Assembly: GCA_036172245.1 (NCBI GenBank) | Contig: JAYWIR010000031.1 | Span: 124,001 to 188,000 of the forward strand | Reading direction: 5' to 3' | From: Raillietiella orientalis | Taxonomy: Eukaryota | Length of the DNA stretch: 64,000 nucleotides | In this document: positions 53,951 to 64,000 of the stretch, piece by piece | How positions within the stretch are numbered: the first letter of the stretch is position 1 | How the letters are laid out: the number at the start of each line of letters is the position of its first letter | The notes under the pieces: model-generated | What the model saw: only the letters and a program-made list of their open reading frames with translations | Databases searched by the model: none | Told to the model about the DNA's origin: nothing | Position numbers and translations under genes: made by a program

Positions 53951-56900
53951 ATACGAAGTTTCTTGTGAGGGAGTAGCAGTCTATTAAAGGGAAGTCCTCA
54001 AGGAGGTGAAGTGCAGAACGGGGCCAAGCAAGAAGTGCTAACGTACATTCCAGAGCAGGTCACATCCTTCACATCTCAGTGCGAGAGGCAGTGGGATCGC
54101 CAGATCAATCCAAAAGTTCCGTGTAAGAAGGGGAAGATGAAAGACATCTGGAGCCTCGATATCATGAACGAACGGAAGGAAAGCACTCTTCTCATCATGG
54201 CGACATCCACCATGCCAACGTGCTTGGCTTTTATGCACCCTCCCACCGTTTAAGAATCGAGCGACTTGATATTTCTTCAGTTCATGCAGCAAGTACTGAA
54301 AACTCCAATTGGAAATGGGATGTTGACCATGGGATGCAAAAACATTTTTGTTGCATAGCTCTGGTGGCAGCACGGTCACCGGAAACACAATCGTCTCGCT
54401 AAATTTTCCCTGTGATCCGCAGTGCGTGCAAGGAGGAAAAGAATCTCATGTATGCACTTTTTCTCTTTCTGAAGGTTGCTGCACCAAGGAATCTCGTTGT
54501 TTTGAGAACTCAAACAGCGACCTCAGCAAATACCTTTCAAAGTCATTGACGTGATCCTGATTTGCGAATGCGAGTTTCCTAATAATAATAGGAGAATGAC
54601 GCTATCGAGAGGTGGTTCACGCTCACAGATGCCACTGCTTGTTCTGAGTGCGTAACTCTGGCGTGAAGTCGCATTTGCATCTTTTCATCGTTCCATTTCA
54701 TTTTGAAATACCATCGAGGTGCTTTCAGCATCAGAATTTTCTGTCTTGAGCCCAGAAGAGGACGTTTCCTTTCTTTTTTTCATGTGATGGGGCAGCTACC
54801 ATGGCGATGCTGCTTGCCATACTTCCGTGATTGTCGCTCCCTAAAGAAAAGTAGCTGTGAAGACCGAAGTCAGCGTTCAGAAGTAGATTCATCAGCTTCG
54901 ATTCTTGGGTGTAGCTGACCTGCTTACTTTGAAAGAGCACCGTTGACTGCTTCCACGCCGGAGACCAAAAGAGCATCACTGCTTCACATTTCTGCACGAG
55001 TTCGTATCCATCCAAGAACCACCCACCTGTTTCAAAGGGGGGAGGACCCCTTTACACAGCGTGAGGACTCTGAGACTAGTGAAGCATTCCAAAGATCCTC
55101 AAATTTCCTTGTTTGCGGGGTCTCGGGTGGTGATGGTTCGGTAGTCATCGGAACGGATCGTGTGTCTGAGCAGCAGATGGCCGGTCTAGCTGTCTATCTG
55201 TGGTGGTGGTGGTGGACTGGTGTTTGGGTGCAGTCGTACGCGCGCGTGCGAAAGGTTGCAAGCACATCGGACGCTGCTGCATAGCAGCTACTCTGCATTC
55301 CTGTAGAAGATCCACTTGATCTCGGCCAAGGGGATCGAAAATTTGAAGGCTCGCAAAGCCGCACGCTGTATTTCAAGTATCGCTCAAGGACGTACTGAAG
55401 AGGTATCTCCTTCCTACTGCGTCCTTGCCTCCGAGACAAAGTGAGTGGAGTGCGTTTTGATGAGGTCAGTAGAGTTGGCCACCTCGCACTAACAAGGATG
55501 GTCCTTCATTTATTTTTTTTAAAGGTCAGTAGCGAGCCCACGAAGAGATCCTTACTATTGGCCTAGGATTATTTTCACCCGGTTTTGTCGGGGCATTTCT
55601 TACGTTACGTAATAAAAATACATTTTGGTGGTAGAACGTTGGCTCTGCCACTCTCAATGAACCTACCCAAGAGCGGTACGCAGACTGGCGTGGTCCTCTT
55701 CAGCAGCGTTGGGGAGGGGAAAACAAAAACACACACACAAAAATAAACAAACAAAACAGGGGAGGGGAAATTATACACGGGAAGGGGGGAGAGGAACCAA
55801 GGAAGGGATCACGGTACTTCACCAGGTGCCCTCTGCATCCTGTTCAGGATGTTGGGATAACGCCCAGGTGGGGCCACCGGGAAGCGGTTCTCAGGAAGAT
55901 CCGCGACCAGTGGAGGCATCCCTATCATTCTTGTCTCCTTCCCGCGTTCCAGGATGCCACGATTCCGCAGACGCAGCACAGAACTTCTAGGGACGTAGCT
56001 GGAGGCTCGGCAGAGCGGCACGCTCGAAAAGGCTTTTCCAAATGTCCCTGGAGCTGCCCGCCGGGATTCCTAGGATCGTCGCGAAAGGGTCAGAGGGCAG
56101 CACAGTCCAACAGCAGGTGCGGGAGGATCTCCTTCTTTCCGCACCTGTTGCACTTAGCGTCCACACTCCCGTGTCCAATGGTGAAGGTGCGCTTTGCATG
56201 CGATTCCCCCTTGCACCATCAGCAACGCCAACTCCTTCCGTTTGAGGGGTTCCAGCACGCTGGGGAGCCAATTCACGTCCTCCGGAGGGATTGCGAGCAG
56301 TCATCTCTAGCGTAGAATTCCGTGGGGTGGGACACTCAAGGTCACAGCGTCCGTGACCTCCCGAGTTGTCCACGTCCCAGAAGTTTAGTCTTTGCTGCTA
56401 TGCAGCACGTTACTTCCCAACTCGCCAGGATGACGCTACCCCTTGCGTCCCTGAGAGAGAGCAGTACTGGGGCAAGGAGGGTAGACGGGACCCGCAGCAT
56501 CTTCTGCGGGTTGCGGACGATCTCCTCTAGCGGCTTGCGAGCATTGAGGCCTCGCTGCAGGCAGGCGTACTCTGCCTCACTCACGCCATGGATCTTCCCC
56601 CATGCGGAGACGAGCGACTCCTGAAGCAAGGCAATGCAGTTCACTCAAGATGATGGAAGAGATCAACAGCGGCTCTGGCAGAGAAGAAATTCCCTAATGC
56701 TCCTTCTCCACATTCAGGAAAAGGGCTTGGATGAAGCCACACTCATTCGAAGACTCCTTGGAAGTTTGGAATCAGAAGACCACTCCGGGTTCATGGGATG
56801 AATTTCCTCCGTTCCGTAGCCGAGCACATGGGCAGATCGGGCGCCTTCGGGACACCAGACGTGAATTTCGCAAGAAGATCTTGCTCACTGGATTGTGGGA

Positions 56901-57799
56901 ACACTGCTGACGGTGCAACAGATCCCCAAGTTTCAGGCGCTATTCTTTTAATGTGTTCGGGAGGAAAGGGGGTTCTCCCGATTAGGCCGGGAGTTTATTT
57001 ATATATATATAAAAAAAGAAGATGCGCATACAGGGAACCAAGTTTCTTGTGGTTCAAAAGGAGAAGAAACAAAGCAGCGTAAGAGGTTCATTTGGGGGGG
57101 GGGTTCGCGAAAGAATTTCTTAGCAACATTTTCTTAGGAGCTTAGGAGAAAGACAGGAGGACACACAAATAAATAAATGATAGAGGTCACTGGGCGGGGT
57201 CACAGAGATTCCTGCTTCCTTCCTAAAGCTGCTGCAAGATGGAGGCGATCTCTCTGATGACTTGTGTTTTCAGATGGGACCACCTGCAAGCCTTCTTCGT
57301 GGAGGAAGCAGCGGAGTAGGTGGCTTCCCGTTGGGGTTGCTGTGGTTCGAGGGAGGATGCCGCGGATGCAGCAAGACGCTGAGGTCGCGGGAGGCAGACG
57401 AGAGATGCACTTGCGAGGAGGAGTGAGACGTAGCAGCCGTCCACGCAGTCGGCAGAGAGCACCAGAGCGATTCGATCGCACCGTAGCTGACACATTCCGG
57501 GGAGGCGCTCCCTACCGTAACGTGACGCTGGAGCTCGTTCCAGGGTGCCGGGACTCCTTTCCCGAGGGCCCTTCCTGGATTCATAGGGTGGTCCTCTCCC
57601 AGGGCACCCCCTAACTTGAAGAGTTACCACATACACCCTCGGATGGCGTAGAACAGCGTTAAAGAGCTCCGTGAGCCGCTAGGCGACGAACGGTGCTTGA
57701 GTGCTTAGCGGACCAAAAAAAGAAAACTCAATAAGAGCCCAATCCTTCTCTTCAGCTTAGACTTCGAACTGATGTTGAAGGCGAACAGGTGACTCCGGC

Positions 57800-58518
57800 G
57801 TCCCTACCTTCCCCAACTGTACATGCCTGCCGTCCTTGGAAGTCCATGAGATCGATTGACTTTCTCCTGCTGAGCCGTCCGACCTATGCGAACAAGCTCG
57901 AAAGGTTCCTCTATTGATGGGGAAGCGGGCATGATGGTCGAGGGGCCGGAATCCATGGTCGTCTCCGTCGGTAGGGAGTGGACAAGGAGACTGGATCGGA
58001 TCCGATTAGAGATGCTCACTAGCAGGTAATTGAAGCGCCTTATAGTGCTTCCGGGATACCTTCGCTTGACCAGCGGAAGTATCACCAGTCAAGAATCTTT
58101 TAAAATCTTCTTCCGAAGGTGGTTGCAGAAGTTTTTTATGAACCACTTCTCGAAGAGAACATTGGTCAAGATGCTTGACAGCGGTATCCGCTGATGTCAA
58201 CAGCTTAAAACGGCTATCAATGATGAAGGAATCAGCTTCATCTGAAAGTCGCATCAAGCCTAGGCACCCCATCCTTCGTTTTCCATAAAGGAACCGGTTT
58301 ACAACTCTCGATGGAAGATGTAACAGTTTCTTCACTTTTCTTCTTAGCACTCAAATGGCGGAACGGGAAGTCGTCCGCTCTGCCGCTGCTGAAGATCAGC
58401 ACTCGTGAACAAGTGAACACCCGGCACTCTAGCAGTGGGAGGCATGATGTGCACCCGGGCTAGGAGGCTCGGGAGCTGGGCAAATCTCCTGGGGCGTCAC
58501 CCGGGGGAACTCACAGTC
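57800..58518 (-). mobile_element. Truncated RLE-clade non-LTR retrotransposon fragment, Utopia/NeSL-like
   Basis: ORF 58006-58350 (VKKLLHLPSRVVNRFLYGKRRMGCLGLMRLSDEADSFIIDSRFKLLTSAD) resembles the post-RT thumb region of NeSL/Utopia/R2-type elements. It lies directly downstream of, and in the same orientation as, a U2 5' fragment. Confidence 0.7.
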
Positions 58519-58552
58519 CACTTTGATCGTAGCCAAAAGGCCGAGAAGCGAT
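58519..58552 (-). pseudogene. U2: 5' fragment (nt ~1-34) of U2 snRNA
   Basis: Minus strand reads ATCGCTTCTCGGCCTTTTGGCTACGATCAAAGTG versus the recalled U2 5' end ATCGCTTCTCGGCCTTTTGGCTAAGATCAAAGTG (about one mismatch). Similarity stops just before the branch-recognition GTAGTA is complete. Confidence 0.85.
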
Positions 58553-59723
58553 GTGCTCAGTCTCGACGCTCCGCCCGAGGTAGGAACGAGAACCTATTCT
58601 TGCGCCGAGATCTCCGGAGCAAACGCACGAGGATGGCGGCTGCGATAGCCCCAGGGTACGGTCGATGAGGGCTGCAGGAATGTTCCCTGCGCATGCATGC
58701 TTCTGGAATGTACGGGCATCCAGCAAGCGGGTGGAAGTGGGTGGTGGCGAGCACTCTTTCCCACCCGGAGGGTGACCTGGAGGAACTGTTGGAAAGAATT
58801 TTTGCAAAACGGCTCCCCTCTCCCCCCCCCCCCCCCCCCCGCTGCGGTGGCTGCAGTGCTGCTGAGCTTCATCCACGAGATCTCGTTGACCGGACTGGTC
58901 CGGGAACTCCGATGTAGCAGATGAGAACGGACGTTGCCCGGACGCAGAGCGTTGTGCCACGGCAAGGATCCTTCGCTTTCGTAATGTTACTAATCGCCGC
59001 CTCCCTGCCCGACCCGATCCTGAGATAAGCCACGAGCGGCTTCCCTCTTCTCCTTGGCCTATTCCTTTGGGGAGGGGAGGAAGTGTTTTCACTGCAGTAT
59101 AGCAAAACGCACCCGGAGCGACCGGAGAGAGAACGCCGCCGCGTGCGTTGTGCGCACGCACCGTTGCCGCGCCGCAAGCGCGAGTGGAAGCACGCAGCGC
59201 CACCCCATGACTCGGTAGGCTCACCGTATCGTTCCAATTTTAGTATATGTACCGCCGAAGCAGATACAGCCTCACTGTAACCGACAAAGAGACGCAGTGA
59301 CCGTCATTTGGGGCGTCTTCGTTGCCATCCCTCCTCCGGCCCCATCTGGCAGTGGGGCAACGCCTCCTGTGGGAAAACTTGTGGGAAACTGCGAGGTCCA
59401 GGATCCCACTCAGAGACTCGGTGGCACCGTGTCAGGATGCTGAAGGTTAGCATCCCACTCCATTGGACCGGGGGAGGTTTCGCTCTGTGCCTTGCCAGGA
59501 GCGGAAACGGAGATCACGTCGCACCTGTGATTCCCCCCCTCCCCCGACAGGCTATCGGTATTCTCCCTCAGCAGCTTCCAGCCCCTTCCTGGCTACTGCG
59601 CCCACCATTCCGCTACTCCCCTACTCGGCGCAAAGGCCGCAACAGCCAACTCCACCTTCCAGGGGGGAGGGTTCGTTCGAAGGACGCCATCTCCGGGGGT
59701 CTTTTTTTTTTAAAAAAAAAAAA

Positions 59724-60040
59724 GGCTAGTAGCGACCCCCACGAGGAGATCGTTACTATTGGCCTAGGACGATGGAAATCCTTGGGTTCTTCTTTTTTCT
59801 TCTGTCTTCACTGTTTTCCTTCCAGCTTTTTTTTTTTAAGAGTTTTCTTTCTTTTCGGTTCGCTAAGTACCTCAGAGCCGGTCGCGTGCCTCGCGGCGCA
59901 CGTGGCTCTTTTTGAACATTAAACACAGTTTTGTTTCCACGCCCCTCCGCCCGCGGCAGCCTGCAGGGGTGTGTGTAATTCTTCAGGATAGGGGGCACCC
60001 CGGGATGGGGGGGGTCCGCCCTATGAATCCAGGAAGGGCT
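59724..60040 (+). repeat. Repeat family segment: terminal hairpin motif plus a block shared in inverted orientation with 57568-57730
   Basis: 59724-59769 matches 55524-55568. 60019-60039 (CCCTATGAATCCAGGAAGGGC) is the exact reverse complement of 57568-57588, with further similarity around GGT(T/C)CGCTAAG. Confidence 0.7.
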
Positions 60041-63000
60041 CGGAGTCCGTTCCCCTCACGCTTGAGGAGAAATCCTCCCCGGACGGGGGGGATTGCACCT
60101 CCAACCCTCCAACCTCGAAGGGAATCTCCTTCCTCTGCGGGGGTCTTTCGACAGCGCCCGAAGACCGCGAGCCGTTACCTCCCTTCCCTGAAACTGCCAT
60201 GCAAAGGGGGAAGGGAGCACCCGCCGCCACGGTTCCGCGGCGTCCGCCCCGCCGGGCGATTTGTACTCGACTTCATTAGCTGATTCACAGTTAAACACTC
60301 TCTTAAGATAAAATTCCACTCGTGCGTGCCTCCTCATGCTGCATCCAGACTGGAACCCTCAACTGCCCTTCGTTAGGAAAATTAATTGCTGACGGATGAT
60401 CAAGACAGCGATGTACAAAGAAAGGTGAGTTCCCCGCGGATCATCAATCAATTATTGAGCAAGCTCTCCTTGATGATTCCCATCACCGTCAATTGTGTAA
60501 GTCCCTTTCAACATCTACCCATTCTCCATTATCCATACTAGGGTACCTCACTCTACTTTATGAACTACAGCTTTGAATGCTTATAACACCTGCATGTTAA
60601 GCCTACAATTTCCAAAACTCTCGTGTTTAACCACAACTGCGGGCAGCCATCAGCAGAATTTCCTTTGATAATCAAAATTAAATACTATTTACATTTACGA
60701 ATGCTTTCTAAAATTTACATACATTACATTGCACAAACTCATGATGAATCGTACATAAAACTTATTACTAACAGCTAAAAGCACAAGCAATATTTAATAC
60801 ACATGTCTATGCAATGTCAGTTCGATAATTATACCGATTGAAATAATTTGCATTTAAGCACTTCAGGAATCCTTCCCCATAGTCGTCAAAATGTTCTCAT
60901 CAAACTACTTCTTGATATTTTCTTTTGATTTTTGTAAAAACTCTAAAAATTCGAATGCCAATTATCTAATCACAACAAATATCTTTGAGAACAAAAAGTT
61001 TAACTTATCATTATATCTAAACTCATACACAATTAAAACCCTTTATTCAGCCCTTTCTATGAAATTACATATTTGTGTATATATATGTAAAACCTATAAA
61101 TTAAGAAATTTCAGTTTCATCTCCCATTCCATACTATATTATAGAATATTAATTATTAATAGTTCAAACATCAACCAAAGCACACCTTTCAAAATCACTC
61201 AAGATATTATTGCAATCGTCATGTTAAATATAAGATATCAAATAGAAATACTTCATTGATTAATAATTGATTAATGAAATATGAATATGGTATAATAAGA
61301 TCTGACGATTGTTTTTACTGAGAAAAAGGGTCCCTATTGAGCGGGGAGAGCCCTGCCAGCTCTGGCGCACTTCTGCATTATACCTCCCCCTCGTCCAGTC
61401 GTGATGGCGCGCATCGCTCGACAAGTCTTCGCCACCTCAGTCGGGTGGCTGAAGCTTTGCCGTGCTCGCGCCCTGTCCCCCTCCCGGAAAACGCTCGCCT
61501 GCATCCCGTGGAGACTCAGAGGTAGGGTTAGGTTTTCCGTGCCGTCCGCCCCCGCCAACTCCATTCCGGGGAACGTCCAATCGCTCGGATGGAGCCCTCG
61601 CGCAACGATCAGAGGACGGAAGGGAGCCGAAGGAAACTGGATCTAGGCCCGCTCTTGCGAATGCGGCACTGCTGGTCCCACAACGCCTCTTCTCCCTCCC
61701 GCCCAGCCGGGGAGAGCCCTGCCCGATTGCGAGGTTGCTGCCCTGCGGTCTTCGCTTCTTCGGACAGCCCGGCAAGTTCCTGCGACCCCATGAGGTATCG
61801 CGAAGGTACCGGAGGGAGGAGGAGGAAACCTCGTGGTGTTGGAGCACCCTCATGCTACTTTCGCACCTCATTCCTGCGCAGTCCACGCCTATGATGCGGC
61901 GGAGCTACCCGAGGGCGTCCAACGGGGGAGGATGGGTGGGGTCCTTGGCACAATGGACTTTCCAACGATTGCACTCGGGAGAGCTGGGATGTCGCTCCCT
62001 CCCTCCTTGCGCTTCGTTGCCTAGAATGAGAGGGCGTGGTTTCTCTGCTTGCTTCCCCGGGAGGAGGCAGGGAGGAAGGCCGGGAACGGACAGGAAATGG
62101 GCGCGGAAGGATTCCAGAACGAAGGAGGGACGCCAGGCGGAGCTACCCTCTCCCCCCTTTCCGAGGAATCTTCCGCCTACCCGCAAGCCACCCTCGAAGG
62201 AGTTTACCACGGCCACCCCCCGAAGATCTCTGCAGCATCTGTGCGACGACACCGAGGTCGTACCGAGCGTCAGGGAAACAGGGGAAGGGGAGGGAAGGGC
62301 AGGAGAGGAAGGAAAAAAAAAAAGGGAGGACGAAAAAAAACGGTCCTTTTGCGGAGGATCGTCCGGGAAGGCGGTTGCTCCCACGGAGACAAGGGTTCCT
62401 CTCGAACGGGTTCTACCACCTTCTCTGGGGACATTCGGAGCGACCTGTGGATGGGGAGCGGAACTGGCAAAACGCACGTAAAATGACAAACAGGATGGAT
62501 TAGAAACCCCTAAAATGTCATGCCACAGAAGCTGAATGCTGATTTTTTATTCAAAAAATTCTGTACGGTGATTTTCAGTTACCGATGAATTTTACATCTT
62601 CGAATAGGATTGTTATTTTTGAGAAATAAGTCATCATCATCAAACGAATATATAGGCATGATTATTAGGAAGCTCAAGTTGCTGAATTCATTCCACAAAA
62701 AACTTGCAAGATTTGCATCATGGAAAGAGATGTAGAGCGACGCATTATGCTGAGAACTCAAAAAGGCACTCCATCATAAATCACCATCAAACAGCTATCA
62801 CAGAGAAACTTTTTCGGAGTAAAAGAATGAATCACACAAATTCTGAAATAAGAAGAATGCCAAAATTCCAATTAATGCTTTCAATGCAAATATGGTGCAA
62901 AATTTCCACATAATTGGTGAGCATGACAGAAATAATATAATCAAAATTACGTATATTGTAGTTGACAGTAATAGTAGCAGTTAAATGTTAAAAATGAGAA

Positions 63001-63063
63001 TAATTTGTTGCCATTCCAAAAACTCTTGTGAAAACTACTCAACATAAATAGAATGCAACATAC

Positions 63064-63128
63064 CTTCTTTTCTACTGTTTCGTACGTTTGGTTACACGTT
63101 TCTTCCTCGTATTCGGTAGTTCTTTGCT
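63064..63128 (-). CDS. Candidate isolated exon of an unidentified gene (xQRTTEYEEETCNQTYETVEKK)
   Basis: Flanked by a pyrimidine-rich ...AAAACAG acceptor and an AAG|GTATGT donor. Only one frame is open. No homology recognised. Confidence 0.25.
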
Positions 63129-64000
63129 CTGTTTTGAAAAGAAAAAAATCAAGAATTATGAACATACAGGTTTATGCTGCATTCTATAACATATAAAAAA
63201 TAAGATGCAGGATATGCGCTTCATATCCTTCATCTTTCTCGGAATATTCTGAAAGGCTTACTAACTTTTGAAAGCACATTCAATGAAATGCCACTGACAA
63301 TGAAATTCCAAAAACAATTCTCAAAAAAATAAACAGTTCTGAAAAACATATAACTGGAGAAACAGAACAAAAACCAAAAGTTCTAAATAATTTTAACATG
63401 TATCTAAAACAAGTTCTGTCAAAAAAAAAAAACAATTTCAAGGCCAACTGTATCTAATAAAATTAATAAGATTTAGCATTTATGAACTACGTAACTGAAG
63501 GGCATGAAGAAAATATATGCACCATGTAGGCAAAATTTCTAATTTCTTCTTTTTCAGCAACACAAGCAAGTTCATAACAAAATTGTGCCAGATCATTTGT
63601 AAGAACTAAATCAGCACAGATACATGCATGCCTGAAGTTTTTCTATCATATAGGTGATCCAAAGGATATTGACAACATATACGATAAAAATCACTATCAA
63701 GTAATCTCATAAAATGAGTTAGCAATAACCACACAAATAAAGGCTGCTTTTCTTACAATAGTAACTGGTATAAAACAAAACAAAAACTAGGAAAAATGAA
63801 AAATAATTAACAGTAAAAGAAATATCGGAAGAAATACTGCCTTACAATACACCAGATTTTAAATCCTAAAATATACAAAAGCCACCAAATAATCAAATGC
63901 TGTTCGTCCAAACTGATAAAAGTATGGAATAAGGCAGGTAATATGTTAAATAAGAATTTTGTAAAAGCATTCTTCAAGAAAACAAAGTGTAAATCCCATT

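Noticed and set aside
59724..59769. HDV-like ribozyme suggested by CTCCTCGTGG on the minus strand
   Set aside because: P3 and P1 pairings could not be built convincingly. Kept only as a hairpin motif.
61462..62481. 339-aa ORF
   Set aside because: GC-rich and low-complexity, with overlapping ORFs in several frames and no recognisable domain. At most a decayed retroelement 5' region.
1..64000. CRISPR arrays, rRNA, intact tRNA or SL RNA genes, intact transposons
   Set aside because: None seen. Only short microsatellites and homopolymers occur, e.g. (TA)n ~2141, (GA)n ~11475, (TC)n ~23090, poly-T ~32720 and poly-C ~58825.

Overview
Eukaryotic (invertebrate metazoan, arthropod-like by protein resemblance; taxon not determinable here) genomic DNA. 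I could reconstruct three intron-containing genes by hand. (1) An MFSD12-like MFS transporter on the minus strand: 11 exons, 2181-26943, ~492 aa. (2) Exportin-5 on the plus strand: 9 exons, 42862-49611, ~1167 aa. (3) NudC-domain protein 2, starting only 66 nt after the XPO5 stop: 3 exons, 49678-50214, 151 aa. Introns are bimodal, either 40-52 nt or multi-kb. The large introns and intergenic DNA hold heavily decayed transposon remnants (LINE/RT, RLE-clade, Ty3/gypsy-like, hAT-like) and an AT-rich repeat. Two items stand out. First, the XPO5-NUDCD2 junction is operon-like: AATAAA followed by an unpaired splice acceptor, in a spacer that is in frame and stop-free. Second, there are 5'-terminal U2 snRNA fragments, one joined to a Utopia/NeSL-like retrotransposon fragment. 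Nearly all other ORFs in the supplied track are spurious. All homology calls come from recalled protein/RNA sequences, not database searches.
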